This document shows positions 16,119-25,101 of a stretch of 64,000 bases of DNA, piece by piece; the first letter of the stretch is position 1, and every line of letters begins with the position of its first letter. Location of the stretch: assembly GCA_036260935.1 (NCBI GenBank), contig DATALQ010000014.1, positions 73,432 to 137,431 of the forward strand, written 5' to 3'. This stretch comes from Clostridia bacterium (lineage in GTDB: Bacteria > Bacillota > Clostridia > Acetivibrionales > DTU013). The notes under the pieces were generated by a model. That model was not told the origin of the DNA and did not search any database. It worked only from the letters and a program-made list of their open reading frames with translations. A program made the position numbers and the translations under genes.

Positions 16119-17654
16119 ATGTACAATATAACTCCGGGGACGGATCCATCAGCCTTTGAACATTGCACGTCGGAAGCTGTGGGCGTCTCCAGTACTGCGG
16201 TCCTGAGGTGCCTGAAAGAGCTTGAAGCCTGTGGTACTGACATGCATGGGTTTGTCTTGTACCGGAAGGGCAAAATCATCGCAGAGACAAGCTGGAGGCC
16301 ATATGCAAAAGAAATACCCCACACAAACCATTCGATGGGCAAGAGCTATACTGCTGCGGCAATCGGTATCGCCTGCGGGGAAGGCATTTTAAGACTGGAA
16401 GATACCCTGGCCGACATATTTGCAGGCGAGCTTGACAGGTGGAACATTCATCCGGGTCCGAAATTCCGCAGTATAAAGATAAAGCATCTGCTTTCCATGA
16501 GTGCGGGAATGGAACATATGCCGCCTTTTACCGACAACTGGATACTGGATTATCTCCGTTCAGAGCCGGTATACGAGCCGGGAGCGCACTTTCTCTATGA
16601 TACGAGCGGATCGAGCCTTCTTGGTGCTATTGTTGAGAAATGTTCAGGCATGGGGCTTAAGGAGTATCTGGCTGACCGCATGTTCCGGAAAATAGGGATT
16701 GATTCCGAGCGGTTCATCTGGCTGAAATTCCCGAACGGCTGTTATGCCGAACCCGGTACCTGCGCAACGGATGAGGACAATCTGCGTCTTGGTCTTTTGT
16801 ATATGAACTACGGCTGCTGGAACGGGGAACAGATCATCCCCAGGGATTGGGTCGAGCAGGCCACAGCTTTTCAGGTAAGCACCTCCGGTGAAGGTGTAAG
16901 GGAAGCCAGGCAGGGCTACGGTTATCAGCTGTGGCTTTGCAGCACGCCCGAGACCTATCGTTTCGATGGCGGACAAGGGCAGTACTGCGTATTTTCCCGG
17001 AGTTCGGGGCTGGCGGCTTCGCTCCACGAAGGGGCTTCAGTGCCTGAGACGGCACCACGCGCACTCGATATCCTGCTTGAAAACCTGTTCTCGGATAAAC
17101 TGCCGGAAAGCCTGCCGGAGGATATTCAGGCCCAGCATGAATTGGCGGATTATCTGGCTTCACGGAGCGTTAGGAAATCGCCGGTATGCCATGATACTAA
17201 AGCGGCACTAAGGTTCAGCGGCATATATCTTGTGCGGGAGGGCGACCCCAATCCGTGGATTGAGGTGTGCCCCGGAGGAGTTAATTTCTTCAGCCTGTTT
17301 TACGACCGGTATGTCAATCCTGCTGTTGAGAAGGTAGAGATCATTGCAGATGACGACGAATGCCGGATAATCTTCAACGACCGTTCGGTTTTCCGCGGAC
17401 GGTTTGACGGTGAATTCATGGTTTGCGACACAAAGAATGTCCTGCCGCTGCAGAAAACCTGCTGCAACACCTATATGGAAGGAGACAGGCTTTGCATGGA
17501 TCTCCGGTGGCTGAACGGCTGGTTCGGAATGAAGATGGAGTTCACCCTTTCCGAGGATGGAAACCGTTTGAATATAGTAATACGCAAGGATACCCTGAAC
17601 GAAATGAATCCCGTTAATGAAAGAAGGGGCTGGGCGCAGCGGATAATACGCTGA
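16119..17654 (+). CDS. Beta-lactamase-fold serine hydrolase with an extra C-terminal domain of about 150 aa
   Basis: SxxK motif HSMGKSY and the YDTSGS motif. 511 aa, against about 390 for its neighbours. Confidence 0.8.
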   Translation: MYNITPGTDPSAFEHCTSEAVGVSSTAVLRCLKELEACGTDMHGFVLYRKGKIIAETSWRPYAKEIPHTNHSMGKSYTAAAIGIACGEGILRLEDTLADIFAGELDRWNIHPGPKFRSIKIKHLLSMSAGMEHMPPFTDNWILDYLRSEPVYEPGAHFLYDTSGSSLLGAIVEKCSGMGLKEYLADRMFRKIGIDSERFIWLKFPNGCYAEPGTCATDEDNLRLGLLYMNYGCWNGEQIIPRDWVEQATAFQVSTSGEGVREARQGYGYQLWLCSTPETYRFDGGQGQYCVFSRSSGLAASLHEGASVPETAPRALDILLENLFSDKLPESLPEDIQAQHELADYLASRSVRKSPVCHDTKAALRFSGIYLVREGDPNPWIEVCPGGVNFFSLFYDRYVNPAVEKVEIIADDDECRIIFNDRSVFRGRFDGEFMVCDTKNVLPLQKTCCNTYMEGDRLCMDLRWLNGWFGMKMEFTLSEDGNRLNIVIRKDTLNEMNPVNERRGWAQRIIR

Positions 17655-17694
17655 TACCGGCCCGCAGATGAACAGCTGACGGCTGGAAGGGCAA

Positions 17695-18939
17695 TTATTT
17701 ACAAACAATCCGCTCCATAATGCTTACGGCGTTCTCCGCACCGTCCTCCCTTCGCAATTGTTGTCCGAGCTTATCGGCGGCAGCTATCATCCCGGGATTG
17801 TTGCACGCCCCGGTGATTGCGTCGGACAGACGCTCCACATTCAATTGCCTGCGAAGGATAGGCTTGGGTCCGACGCCCAGCTTGTCTATGCAATTGCCCC
17901 AATAAGGCTGATCGCCTCCGAAAGGCACAATTATTGTGGGTACACCTGCCCGTAAACCGGCTGCTGTAGTTCCTGCGCCACCATGATGGATGACTGCCGA
18001 TACATTGCGAAACAGCCATTCATGCGGCACATTACCAATCTGGAGAACTGAATCCGGCAGGTTGTATCCTTTCAGATTTCCCCATCCGGAGGATAAAACG
18101 GCGCGTACTTTTGTCAGCTTAAGGCTTTGCATTACAATATCAAAGGCCTGTTCAAAGGATCCGCCGACAGCGCTGCCAAATCCGATGTAAACAGGCTTTG
18201 GTCCCTCATTGAGGAAATTTGTTAATTCTTTATCCGGCTTCCAGTTGTCTTTTATGCCACGTATCCAATATCCGGTAACATATTTGTTTTCATCCCACTC
18301 GCGAGGTTTCGGGGCAACAAGCGTGCTATATGCATACAGAGTGGGAAGCGGGCGACCATGCATGCTGCGGTATGGGAATCTCAACGCCTGTATTTCCTTT
18401 AATCCCATTTCCTTACGCCAGCTATTCAGCATTCTTCGGGTGAAATTTGCCCAAAGCAGATCACCACAGGCAAATGTAAATCTGTTGTACAAGCTGCCCA
18501 ACGGTAAATCCGGCGCTGACATGGCAGGGAATTCACCCGTAGGGTCAATCGGACAGAAGGATACACGAAAGCAGGGAATATTTTTTTTCTCCAATACATG
18601 CCAGGCCACGCTGCCCAATAATGAATATAAAACCACGTCCACACCGGTACAGGCATATTCAATATCGGAGAGGAACTCCTTCTTAACGGGATCCAATAAT
18701 TTCTCCAAATTACGGAAATATTCAAATGAAGATACATGCTCGCCTATCAGAAGCCGGATGACTTCAACGGCATCTCCGGCCAGCGGCGAATATTCAAACC
18801 CCTCGGACACTATATATTGCTCGAATTTGCGAAAAGTAGTTATTCGGACCTGGTGTCCCCTGCTGCGCAGTTTATTGCCAAGGGCTATAAAGGGCTCAAC
18901 GTCGCCCTGGGAACCGATAGTAATCAATCCAAATTTCAT
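17695..18939 (-). CDS. GT1-family UDP-glycosyltransferase (MGT / sterol-glucosyltransferase-like)
   Basis: N-terminal GT28-like GSQGDVEPFIALGNKLRSRGHQV and the C-terminal donor-binding motif HHGGAGTTAAGLRAGVPTIIVPFGGDQPYWG. Confidence 0.85.
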   Translation of the reverse strand: MKFGLITIGSQGDVEPFIALGNKLRSRGHQVRITTFRKFEQYIVSEGFEYSPLAGDAVEVIRLLIGEHVSSFEYFRNLEKLLDPVKKEFLSDIEYACTGVDVVLYSLLGSVAWHVLEKKNIPCFRVSFCPIDPTGEFPAMSAPDLPLGSLYNRFTFACGDLLWANFTRRMLNSWRKEMGLKEIQALRFPYRSMHGRPLPTLYAYSTLVAPKPREWDENKYVTGYWIRGIKDNWKPDKELTNFLNEGPKPVYIGFGSAVGGSFEQAFDIVMQSLKLTKVRAVLSSGWGNLKGYNLPDSVLQIGNVPHEWLFRNVSAVIHHGGAGTTAAGLRAGVPTIIVPFGGDQPYWGNCIDKLGVGPKPILRRQLNVERLSDAITGACNNPGMIAAADKLGQQLRREDGAENAVSIMERIVCK

Positions 18940-18955
18940 AACCGTTACCTGCCTT

Positions 18956-19609
18956 TTAAATGGACGATCTATACAGAATTTCGGCTTGTACGCCCAATAT
19001 TTGAGAGAACAAAAGCGGTGTCAATCTCACATATTTTTCATTATGATACATCCCGTCGCTTTCCCTATTCTGATGAGTTATCGGAAATGTAGACCACAGA
19101 AGCATTTCGGCCAGCATGTCCGTACCCGCATCCTTCAATAGCGGCGTAACAGGAAGAAAGTTGCTTTCGACTGCATCGGACAAAAGCCGGCTTAATGGTT
19201 TAACAAGTGCAGAACGAGTGTTTATATCAATCTGATGATTAAACCAATTTGACTGATGATCATTTCTTTCAAAATAAGTATCAATTTTTTTGAAATCCTC
19301 AACAGCCTTTAATTCATACTCCAAAACAACTTTGAATTTTTCCTGAAAATCGAGTTCGGGATCCTCTATTGAATTTATCAATACTTGAGTATAGTGATGC
19401 ATGTACTCATTGATGCAAAGCTCGAATATCTCTTCCTTTGAAGAAAAGTAGTAGTAAAAGACACTGGGGGAAAGACCGGCCCCTCCTTTAACGGCTGCAA
19501 GAATATCCTGTATTGAAGTTGCCGCATATCCTTTGGAGAAAAATAATCCGCGGGCGGCGTCAGTAAATTCTTTTTTCTTTATTTCGTGGTTTTGTTTTTT
19601 CCTTGGCAT
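18956..19609 (-). CDS. TetR/AcrR family transcriptional regulator
   Basis: N-terminal HTH FTDAARGLFFSKGYAATSIQDILAAV. It lies 16 nt upstream of, and on the same strand as, the GT1 gene. Confidence 0.9.
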   Translation of the reverse strand: MPRKKQNHEIKKKEFTDAARGLFFSKGYAATSIQDILAAVKGGAGLSPSVFYYYFSSKEEIFELCINEYMHHYTQVLINSIEDPELDFQEKFKVVLEYELKAVEDFKKIDTYFERNDHQSNWFNHQIDINTRSALVKPLSRLLSDAVESNFLPVTPLLKDAGTDMLAEMLLWSTFPITHQNRESDGMYHNEKYVRLTPLLFSQILGVQAEILYRSSI

Positions 19610-19633
19610 TATAATCCGCCTCCACTATATTTA

Positions 19634-19647
19634 TAGAATCGATTCTA
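19634..19647. promoter_or_regulatory. Perfect 14-bp palindrome, candidate TetR operator
   Basis: TAGAATCGATTCTA is self-complementary. It lies between the predicted -10 and the RBS of the TetR gene. Confidence 0.55.
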
Positions 19648-19655
19648 CAAATAAA

Positions 19656-19684
19656 ATTATATGACTAATTAATTTAAAAGTCAA
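19656..19684 (-). promoter_or_regulatory. Sigma-A type promoter of the TetR-GT1 operon
   Basis: The minus-strand reading is TTGACT, a 17-nt spacer, then TATAAT. Confidence 0.5.
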
Positions 19685-19883
19685 AAGATCATATTTCTAC
19701 TTTTTTATTAACTGTTTTTGTTCCTTACATGGATTTTTTTGATATTAATATTTTCCAGACCTATGCAAAGAAATCTTTGAACAAATAATAAAATACCATT
19801 ATCTGATAAATATCTCTATTCTTGATTGTCATAACATAGCATAAAATTTATATCAAATAATTTTGTATTATGGAGGAATAGTT

Positions 19884-20972
19884 ATGGCAAAAAAGTCACT
19901 TATCCTTGTATTGGTGCTCGTAATGCTGGCAAGCGTATTCGTCGGCTGTGGCCAGGCAAAATCGACCTCGGGTTCAAGTAAGCTCGTTGGTGTTACAATG
20001 CCTACAAAATCGCTCCAGAGATGGAACGAGGACGGCGCTAACGTTAAGGCTGCCCTGGAAGCAAAGGGATACAAAGTTGACCTTCAGTATGCCGACAATC
20101 AGCAGACTGTTCAAAACAGCCAGATCGAGAACCAGATCACCAAGGGAGTCAATGTTCTAGTCATCGCTTCGATAGACGGCGGCGCACTGGGCGGAGTCCT
20201 TGCACAGGCAAAGGCTGCGAATATCCCCGTAATAGCTTACGACAGACTTATAACGGACACTGACAAGTGCGATTATTATGCAACCTTCGACAATTATGGC
20301 GTTGGCAAGATGCAGGGCGAATTTATCGTCAGCGCTCTCAAACTTGACAAAGGCGAAAAGGGCCCCTTCTCGATGGAATGCTTCGGCGGCGACCCGGGCG
20401 ACAATAACGCAAAACTGTTCAATCAGGGCGCTATGGATGTTCTGCAGCCTTACATAGACAGCGGCGTGCTCGTAATCAAATCCACCCAGACCAAATTCCC
20501 GGATCAGATTGCTATCACAAACTGGGAGTCCAAGGGAGCTCAGGACAGGATGGACAATCTTCTGACTGCTTATTATGCAGACAAGAACATCGATGTAGTG
20601 CTCTCGCCTAATGACAGCCTTGCACAAGGTATCGTCGCTTCACTGAAGTCCGCCGGTTACGGCACATCCTCCAAACCCTTCCCGATAATTACCGGACAGG
20701 ACTGCGACAAGATCAACGTAGGCCAGATCATCCGCGGAGAACAGTCGATGTCGATCTTCAAGGATACGAGAGTTCTCGCAAATCAGGTCATCGCTATGAC
20801 GGATGCTATACTTGCCGGCCAGAAGGTTCCTACAAACGCAACATACAACAACGGCAAGATCGATGTTAATTCCTACAACTGCCAGATACAGTTTGCCAAC
20901 AAGGACAACTGGAAGAAGCTGCTTGTTGACAGCGGTTATTACAAATTAGCCGATATACCGGACGCAAAGTAA
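19884..20972 (+). CDS. chvE: Multiple-monosaccharide ABC transporter substrate-binding lipoprotein (ChvE-like)
   Basis: Lipobox VFVGC. VGVTMPTKSLQRWNEDG...IAYDRLI...YYATFDN matches the remembered ChvE/MmsB-type binding proteins. ATG at 19884 with GGAGGA upstream. Confidence 0.85.
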   Translation: MAKKSLILVLVLVMLASVFVGCGQAKSTSGSSKLVGVTMPTKSLQRWNEDGANVKAALEAKGYKVDLQYADNQQTVQNSQIENQITKGVNVLVIASIDGGALGGVLAQAKAANIPVIAYDRLITDTDKCDYYATFDNYGVGKMQGEFIVSALKLDKGEKGPFSMECFGGDPGDNNAKLFNQGAMDVLQPYIDSGVLVIKSTQTKFPDQIAITNWESKGAQDRMDNLLTAYYADKNIDVVLSPNDSLAQGIVASLKSAGYGTSSKPFPIITGQDCDKINVGQIIRGEQSMSIFKDTRVLANQVIAMTDAILAGQKVPTNATYNNGKIDVNSYNCQIQFANKDNWKKLLVDSGYYKLADIPDAK

Positions 20973-20984
20973 ATCTGTTTCATG

Positions 20985-21016
20985 AAAATGGCGGCAGCAC
21001 GGCTGCCGCCATTTTT
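20985..21016 (+). terminator. Hairpin with T-run after the SBP gene (partial terminator inside the operon)
   Basis: AAAATGGCGGCAGC-ACG-GCTGCCGCCATTTTT. Confidence 0.65.
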
Positions 21017-21115
21017 AATGCAGGGAATGAATAGGCAAATGCTTTGGTTATAACGAGGCGTTGGCTGCCTCAAAAAATTTTCCAATGAACCGATGTGTTA
21101 TAAAGGAGCAGACGT

Positions 21116-22651
21116 ATGTCGGAATATATCCTGGAAATGCAGAATATCACTAAAGAGTTCCCTGGCGTCATCGCTCTCAGTAACGTCAATTTCAAAGTAA
21201 AAAAGGGCGAGATACATGCTCTGGTTGGCGAGAATGGAGCTGGGAAATCCACGCTTATGAATGTTCTGAGCGGAATATATCCCCACGGTTCGTATACCGG
21301 GAGCATAATCTTCAAGGGGACGGAATGCAAGTTCAGAAACATCCGTGACAGCGAAGCGGCGGGAATTGCCATAATCCATCAGGAGCTGGCGCTCAGCCCT
21401 TATATGACGATCGCTGAGAACATTTTTCTGGGAAATGAAAGAGCCAGGAACGGTGTGATCAACTGGGACGAGACCAACAAAGAAGCTATCGGGCTTATGA
21501 AAAAGGTTGGCCTCAAAGATAAGTTTACGGCGCAGATCAAGAACATAGGCGTAGGTAAACAGCAGTTAGTCGAGATAGCCAAGGCGCTGTCCAAAAACTG
21601 CGAACTGTTGATACTGGATGAGCCTACGGCGGCGCTTAACGACGAAGATTCCAACCACCTCCTCGAGCTTTTGCAGACGCTTAATAAAGAGCATGGTCTG
21701 ACATGCATCATGATTTCACACAAATTGCATGAAGTCATAAAGATTGCACAGAGCATAACCGTTCTAAGGGACGGAAAGACGATAGAGACTCTGGACAATT
21801 CCGAGCATGTCAGCGAAGGCCGGATAATAAAGGGTATGGTGGGCCGCGAGCTTACGGACCGTTTCCCGAAGCATACGGCAAATGTCGGTGAGGTAGGCTT
21901 TGAAATAAAGGACTGGGTAGTGCATGACCCTCTCGATGAGGATAGAGTCGTAATAAACAATGTCAGCATGTCCTTCCGAAAGGGCGAGATAGTAGGACTT
22001 GCCGGCCTTATGGGCGCGGGAAGAACAGAGATTGCAATGAGCGTGTTCGGCAGGGCGTACGGCAGAAAGATAAGCGGGACGCTTATCAAGGACGGTAAGG
22101 AGGTAACCCTGCATAACATAAGCCAGGCGATAGCCAATGGAATAGCCTATGTTACCGAAGACAGGAAAACGGCGGGGTTGGTGCATATACAGGATATTAA
22201 AAAGAACATTACCCTTGCCAATTTGAAAGCAATTACGAGTGGTTTCGTCGTAAACGAGGATGAAGAGATCGTAATCGGAAAGGATTACAAAGAACGGTTC
22301 GGTATAAAAGCGTCGAGTGTGTTTCAGAAAGCGGGCAATCTTTCGGGAGGAAACCAGCAGAAGGTGGTGCTCAGCAAATGGATATTTGCCGCCCCCGATG
22401 TGCTGATACTCGACGAACCTACGAGAGGAATCGACGTTGGCGCTAAATATGAGATATACAAGATAATCCTGCAACTGGCGGAGGCCGGTAAATGTGTCAT
22501 CATGATCTCTTCAGAACTGCCTGAGATATTGGGAATTACCGACCGCTTGTACATAATCAACGAGGGGCGTGTCGTAGGAGAAATGAAGACGAGCGAAGCG
22601 ACTCAGGAGGGTATCATGTCCACAATAATAAGAAGTTCGGCAGGGCGATAG
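21116..22651 (+). CDS. gguA: Sugar ABC transporter ATP-binding protein with duplicated ATPase domains (GguA/MglA type)
   Basis: Two nucleotide-binding domains: Walker [10 protein letters not shown], a signature-like [10 protein letters not shown] and Walker B LLILDEPT in the first, then LSGGNQQKV and [11 protein letters not shown] in the second. Confidence 0.9.
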   Translation: MSEYILEMQNITKEFPGVIALSNVNFKVKKGEIHALVGENGAGKSTLMNVLSGIYPHGSYTGSIIFKGTECKFRNIRDSEAAGIAIIHQELALSPYMTIAENIFLGNERARNGVINWDETNKEAIGLMKKVGLKDKFTAQIKNIGVGKQQLVEIAKALSKNCELLILDEPTAALNDEDSNHLLELLQTLNKEHGLTCIMISHKLHEVIKIAQSITVLRDGKTIETLDNSEHVSEGRIIKGMVGRELTDRFPKHTANVGEVGFEIKDWVVHDPLDEDRVVINNVSMSFRKGEIVGLAGLMGAGRTEIAMSVFGRAYGRKISGTLIKDGKEVTLHNISQAIANGIAYVTEDRKTAGLVHIQDIKKNITLANLKAITSGFVVNEDEEIVIGKDYKERFGIKASSVFQKAGNLSGGNQQKVVLSKWIFAAPDVLILDEPTRGIDVGAKYEIYKIILQLAEAGKCVIMISSELPEILGITDRLYIINEGRVVGEMKTSEATQEGIMSTIIRSSAGR

Positions 22652-22662
22652 GGGGAATATGT

Positions 22663-23886
22663 ATGAACAATGTTAAGGAATTCATGAACCGTAACATGCG
22701 GCAATATGGGATGGCTTTTGCCCTGGTTGTTATTGTGATCTTTTTCGGGGTCGTGACCGGCGGCAAGCTTATCTGGCCAAGAAACGTGCAGATGCTGGTG
22801 CGTCAAAACGCGTATGTGTTGATACTCGCCATAGGAATGATGTTTTGTATATTGACGGGTGGTAACGTCGACCTTTCGGTCGGCGCATTGGTCGCCCTGG
22901 TAAGCGCCATGTCGGGGCTGATGGCCACTACGCTTGGTCTGCCTACCTGGCTGGCAATCATCTTCAGTATTATAACAGGCCTTTTGGCAGGTTTGTGGCA
23001 GGGCTTTTGGATAGCATATGTCAAGGTGCCGCCATTTATCACAACACTGGCAGGTATGATGGTTTTCCGGGGGATCAACAATATAATACTGGACGGTAAG
23101 ACCTTACCGCTATCCGGTCTGTATGTTACGATCGGAACGGGCTCGGTTCCCGATATCGCTCCAAAAACCGTCCCGGATTTTTTACGAATCGGCGATTTAC
23201 TGCAGCTGCAGAATAAGCCTGAGTTTCTAAATGTAACGATGCTTATTGTAGGGCTTGCATTATCTACCATTTACGTATTGTTTACGATTTACAACAGGAA
23301 AAGTAAACAACAGCGCGGATATGAAGTAGCATCTTTAAATTCGGCCGTCACAAAAGCAATTTTGTTTTTTATTGTCATAAATGTTTTCTCTTACTGGCTG
23401 GCGATGGATGAGGGCTTGCCCATAATGCTGATTTTACTGGCAGCTTTATACGCACTCTATACGTTCATAGCAACCAAGACCATACCCGGGCGCCATATTT
23501 ACGCTATGGGAGGAAATATTAAGGCAGCTGAACTTTCCGGCGTCAACACCAAAAAAATGATGTTCCTTGTATATTCGAACATGGGGCTTTTAGCGGGTGT
23601 TGCAGCAGTAGTAACTGCCGGCAGAATGATGGCCGCCTCGCCTAATGTCGGCTTGAACTTTGAACTTGACGCCATAGGAGCTTGCTTTATAGGCGGTGCT
23701 TCAGCATACGGCGGTGTAGGAACGATATGGGGAGCTGTCGTAGGCGCCCTTATTATGGGCGTCATGAACAACGGCATGTCTATCATAGGTTTGAATGTCT
23801 TTTTACAGTCTGTCGCAAAAGGTATGGTTGTGTTGCTTGCTGTAGCATTCGACATGTACTCGAAATCAAAATCAAGGCTTGGCTAG
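22663..23886 (+). CDS. gguB: Sugar ABC transporter permease (GguB/XylH type)
   Basis: 407 aa polytopic membrane protein of the branched-chain/ribose-type permease family (GGNVDLSVG, AMGGN..AA.LSG). Confidence 0.85.
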   Translation: MNNVKEFMNRNMRQYGMAFALVVIVIFFGVVTGGKLIWPRNVQMLVRQNAYVLILAIGMMFCILTGGNVDLSVGALVALVSAMSGLMATTLGLPTWLAIIFSIITGLLAGLWQGFWIAYVKVPPFITTLAGMMVFRGINNIILDGKTLPLSGLYVTIGTGSVPDIAPKTVPDFLRIGDLLQLQNKPEFLNVTMLIVGLALSTIYVLFTIYNRKSKQQRGYEVASLNSAVTKAILFFIVINVFSYWLAMDEGLPIMLILLAALYALYTFIATKTIPGRHIYAMGGNIKAAELSGVNTKKMMFLVYSNMGLLAGVAAVVTAGRMMAASPNVGLNFELDAIGACFIGGASAYGGVGTIWGAVVGALIMGVMNNGMSIIGLNVFLQSVAKGMVVLLAVAFDMYSKSKSRLG

Positions 23887-23916
23887 GCAATAAAAGAGGT
23901 AAAAGTGCAGGGACGG

Positions 23917-23954
23917 TTCATATATTTCACTTTTTACAGAGTGAAATATATGAA
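23917..23954 (+). terminator. Rho-independent terminator of the ABC operon
   Basis: A 15-bp stem TTCATATATTTCACT / AGTGAAATATATGAA followed by a T-rich tract. Confidence 0.6.
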
Positions 23955-24073
23955 TCGTCTCTTGTTTTTGTGTCTTTTTCGTTTATACATAGTTTAGTTT
24001 TCAAAACCCATTTATGGTATAATGGATAAAGATTTCAAACAAGCAGGCATTCCCGTTTAGAGGTGGTAACGAA

Positions 24074-25084
24074 ATGAAATGGCTGTACAAAATATCATTG
24101 ACCCTGCTGTCTGCCATTGCGGTTACATCGGCGGTAATGGCCGTATACTACTTTAGTATGGTTAATAGGGTATATGACGGGAACACCGCAAATTTGTTCG
24201 GTGTAAATCCGAAATATCATTTCTCATTGATAATTAATTCGGGAGACGAAGAATACTGGCAGAGCTTCAAGACAGGCGTATTCGAAGCCGGGAAAGCCCA
24301 TAACGCCGCAATCGAATACAATCCGATATCCGACCTGGACAGCGCCGATAAGACGGTAGAGTACGTTAATATTGCAAACAAATCCAGGGTTGACGGTATT
24401 ATTGTAAACGGTGAAAACTCAGCTGAATATTCGGATGCAATTAACAGTGCGGCCAAATCGGGAATCCATATTGTAGTAGGTATAGTCGAATCTGTCGACA
24501 GTAACCGGCTTACATATGTGGGTAACAATTTTTATGATTTTGGAGTAAAGGCGGCAAAGCTTATATCTCAAGCAGTAAACAAGGATACGCCGATTAACCT
24601 GGCCGTCATTTTATCGGATGCGGGTCGAAGAGAAGCCGACAAGACTGTAGTGTCGCAGAGCGATATTATGATGAGCGGTATTACAAGCGTAATTGAAAGT
24701 GAGAAAAAAATAAACCTGCTTTCCACTTTATACAGGAAAAGCGATCTGCTTGGTGCGGAGGACCTGACGAGAAGCATATTGACCGGGCACCCCGATGTCG
24801 ATGTGATATTCTGCACTAACGCCAAGGATACAACAGCGGCGGCAAAGGTAATTGTTGAACGTAACCTGGTTGGAAAAGTCGTCATAGTTGGCACGGGCAT
24901 TACGGATGAGATCAGGTATTACATAAAAAAGGGAATCATATTCGGAGTACTGGACAGGAACGGATATAACGCGGGGTACAAGAGTGTAGAGGTGCTTTGC
25001 GGCAGTGTCGGGGATTCATTTCAATCGAGTTATCTAAACATAGCTACGGATATATATACGGCTATAAATATCGACCAAAAATAA
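24074..25084 (+). CDS. Membrane-anchored periplasmic-binding-protein-fold sugar sensor (three-component system partner)
   Basis: A single N-terminal TM (LTLLSAIAVTSAVMAVYYF) followed by a Peripla_BP-like domain. It sits directly upstream of the kinase. Confidence 0.75.
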   Translation: MKWLYKISLTLLSAIAVTSAVMAVYYFSMVNRVYDGNTANLFGVNPKYHFSLIINSGDEEYWQSFKTGVFEAGKAHNAAIEYNPISDLDSADKTVEYVNIANKSRVDGIIVNGENSAEYSDAINSAAKSGIHIVVGIVESVDSNRLTYVGNNFYDFGVKAAKLISQAVNKDTPINLAVILSDAGRREADKTVVSQSDIMMSGITSVIESEKKINLLSTLYRKSDLLGAEDLTRSILTGHPDVDVIFCTNAKDTTAAAKVIVERNLVGKVVIVGTGITDEIRYYIKKGIIFGVLDRNGYNAGYKSVEVLCGSVGDSFQSSYLNIATDIYTAINIDQK

Positions 25085-25101
25085 ACTGACAGGTATATAC
25101 C

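Noticed and set aside
13604-17654. Reading the beta-lactamase-family genes as antibiotic-resistance beta-lactamases.
   Set aside because: The fold is shared with family VIII esterases and DD-peptidases. The proteins lack signal peptides and sit in a sugar-importer/esterase operon. Resistance cannot be inferred from the sequence alone.
18209-19141. A 310-aa plus-strand ORF spanning the GT1 and TetR genes on the opposite strand.
   Set aside because: The translation is low-quality (rich in Ser, Arg, Cys and Pro, with no motifs) and there is no RBS. It crosses the TetR/GT1 intergenic gap. The minus-strand genes have clear family signatures, so this is an antisense shadow ORF.
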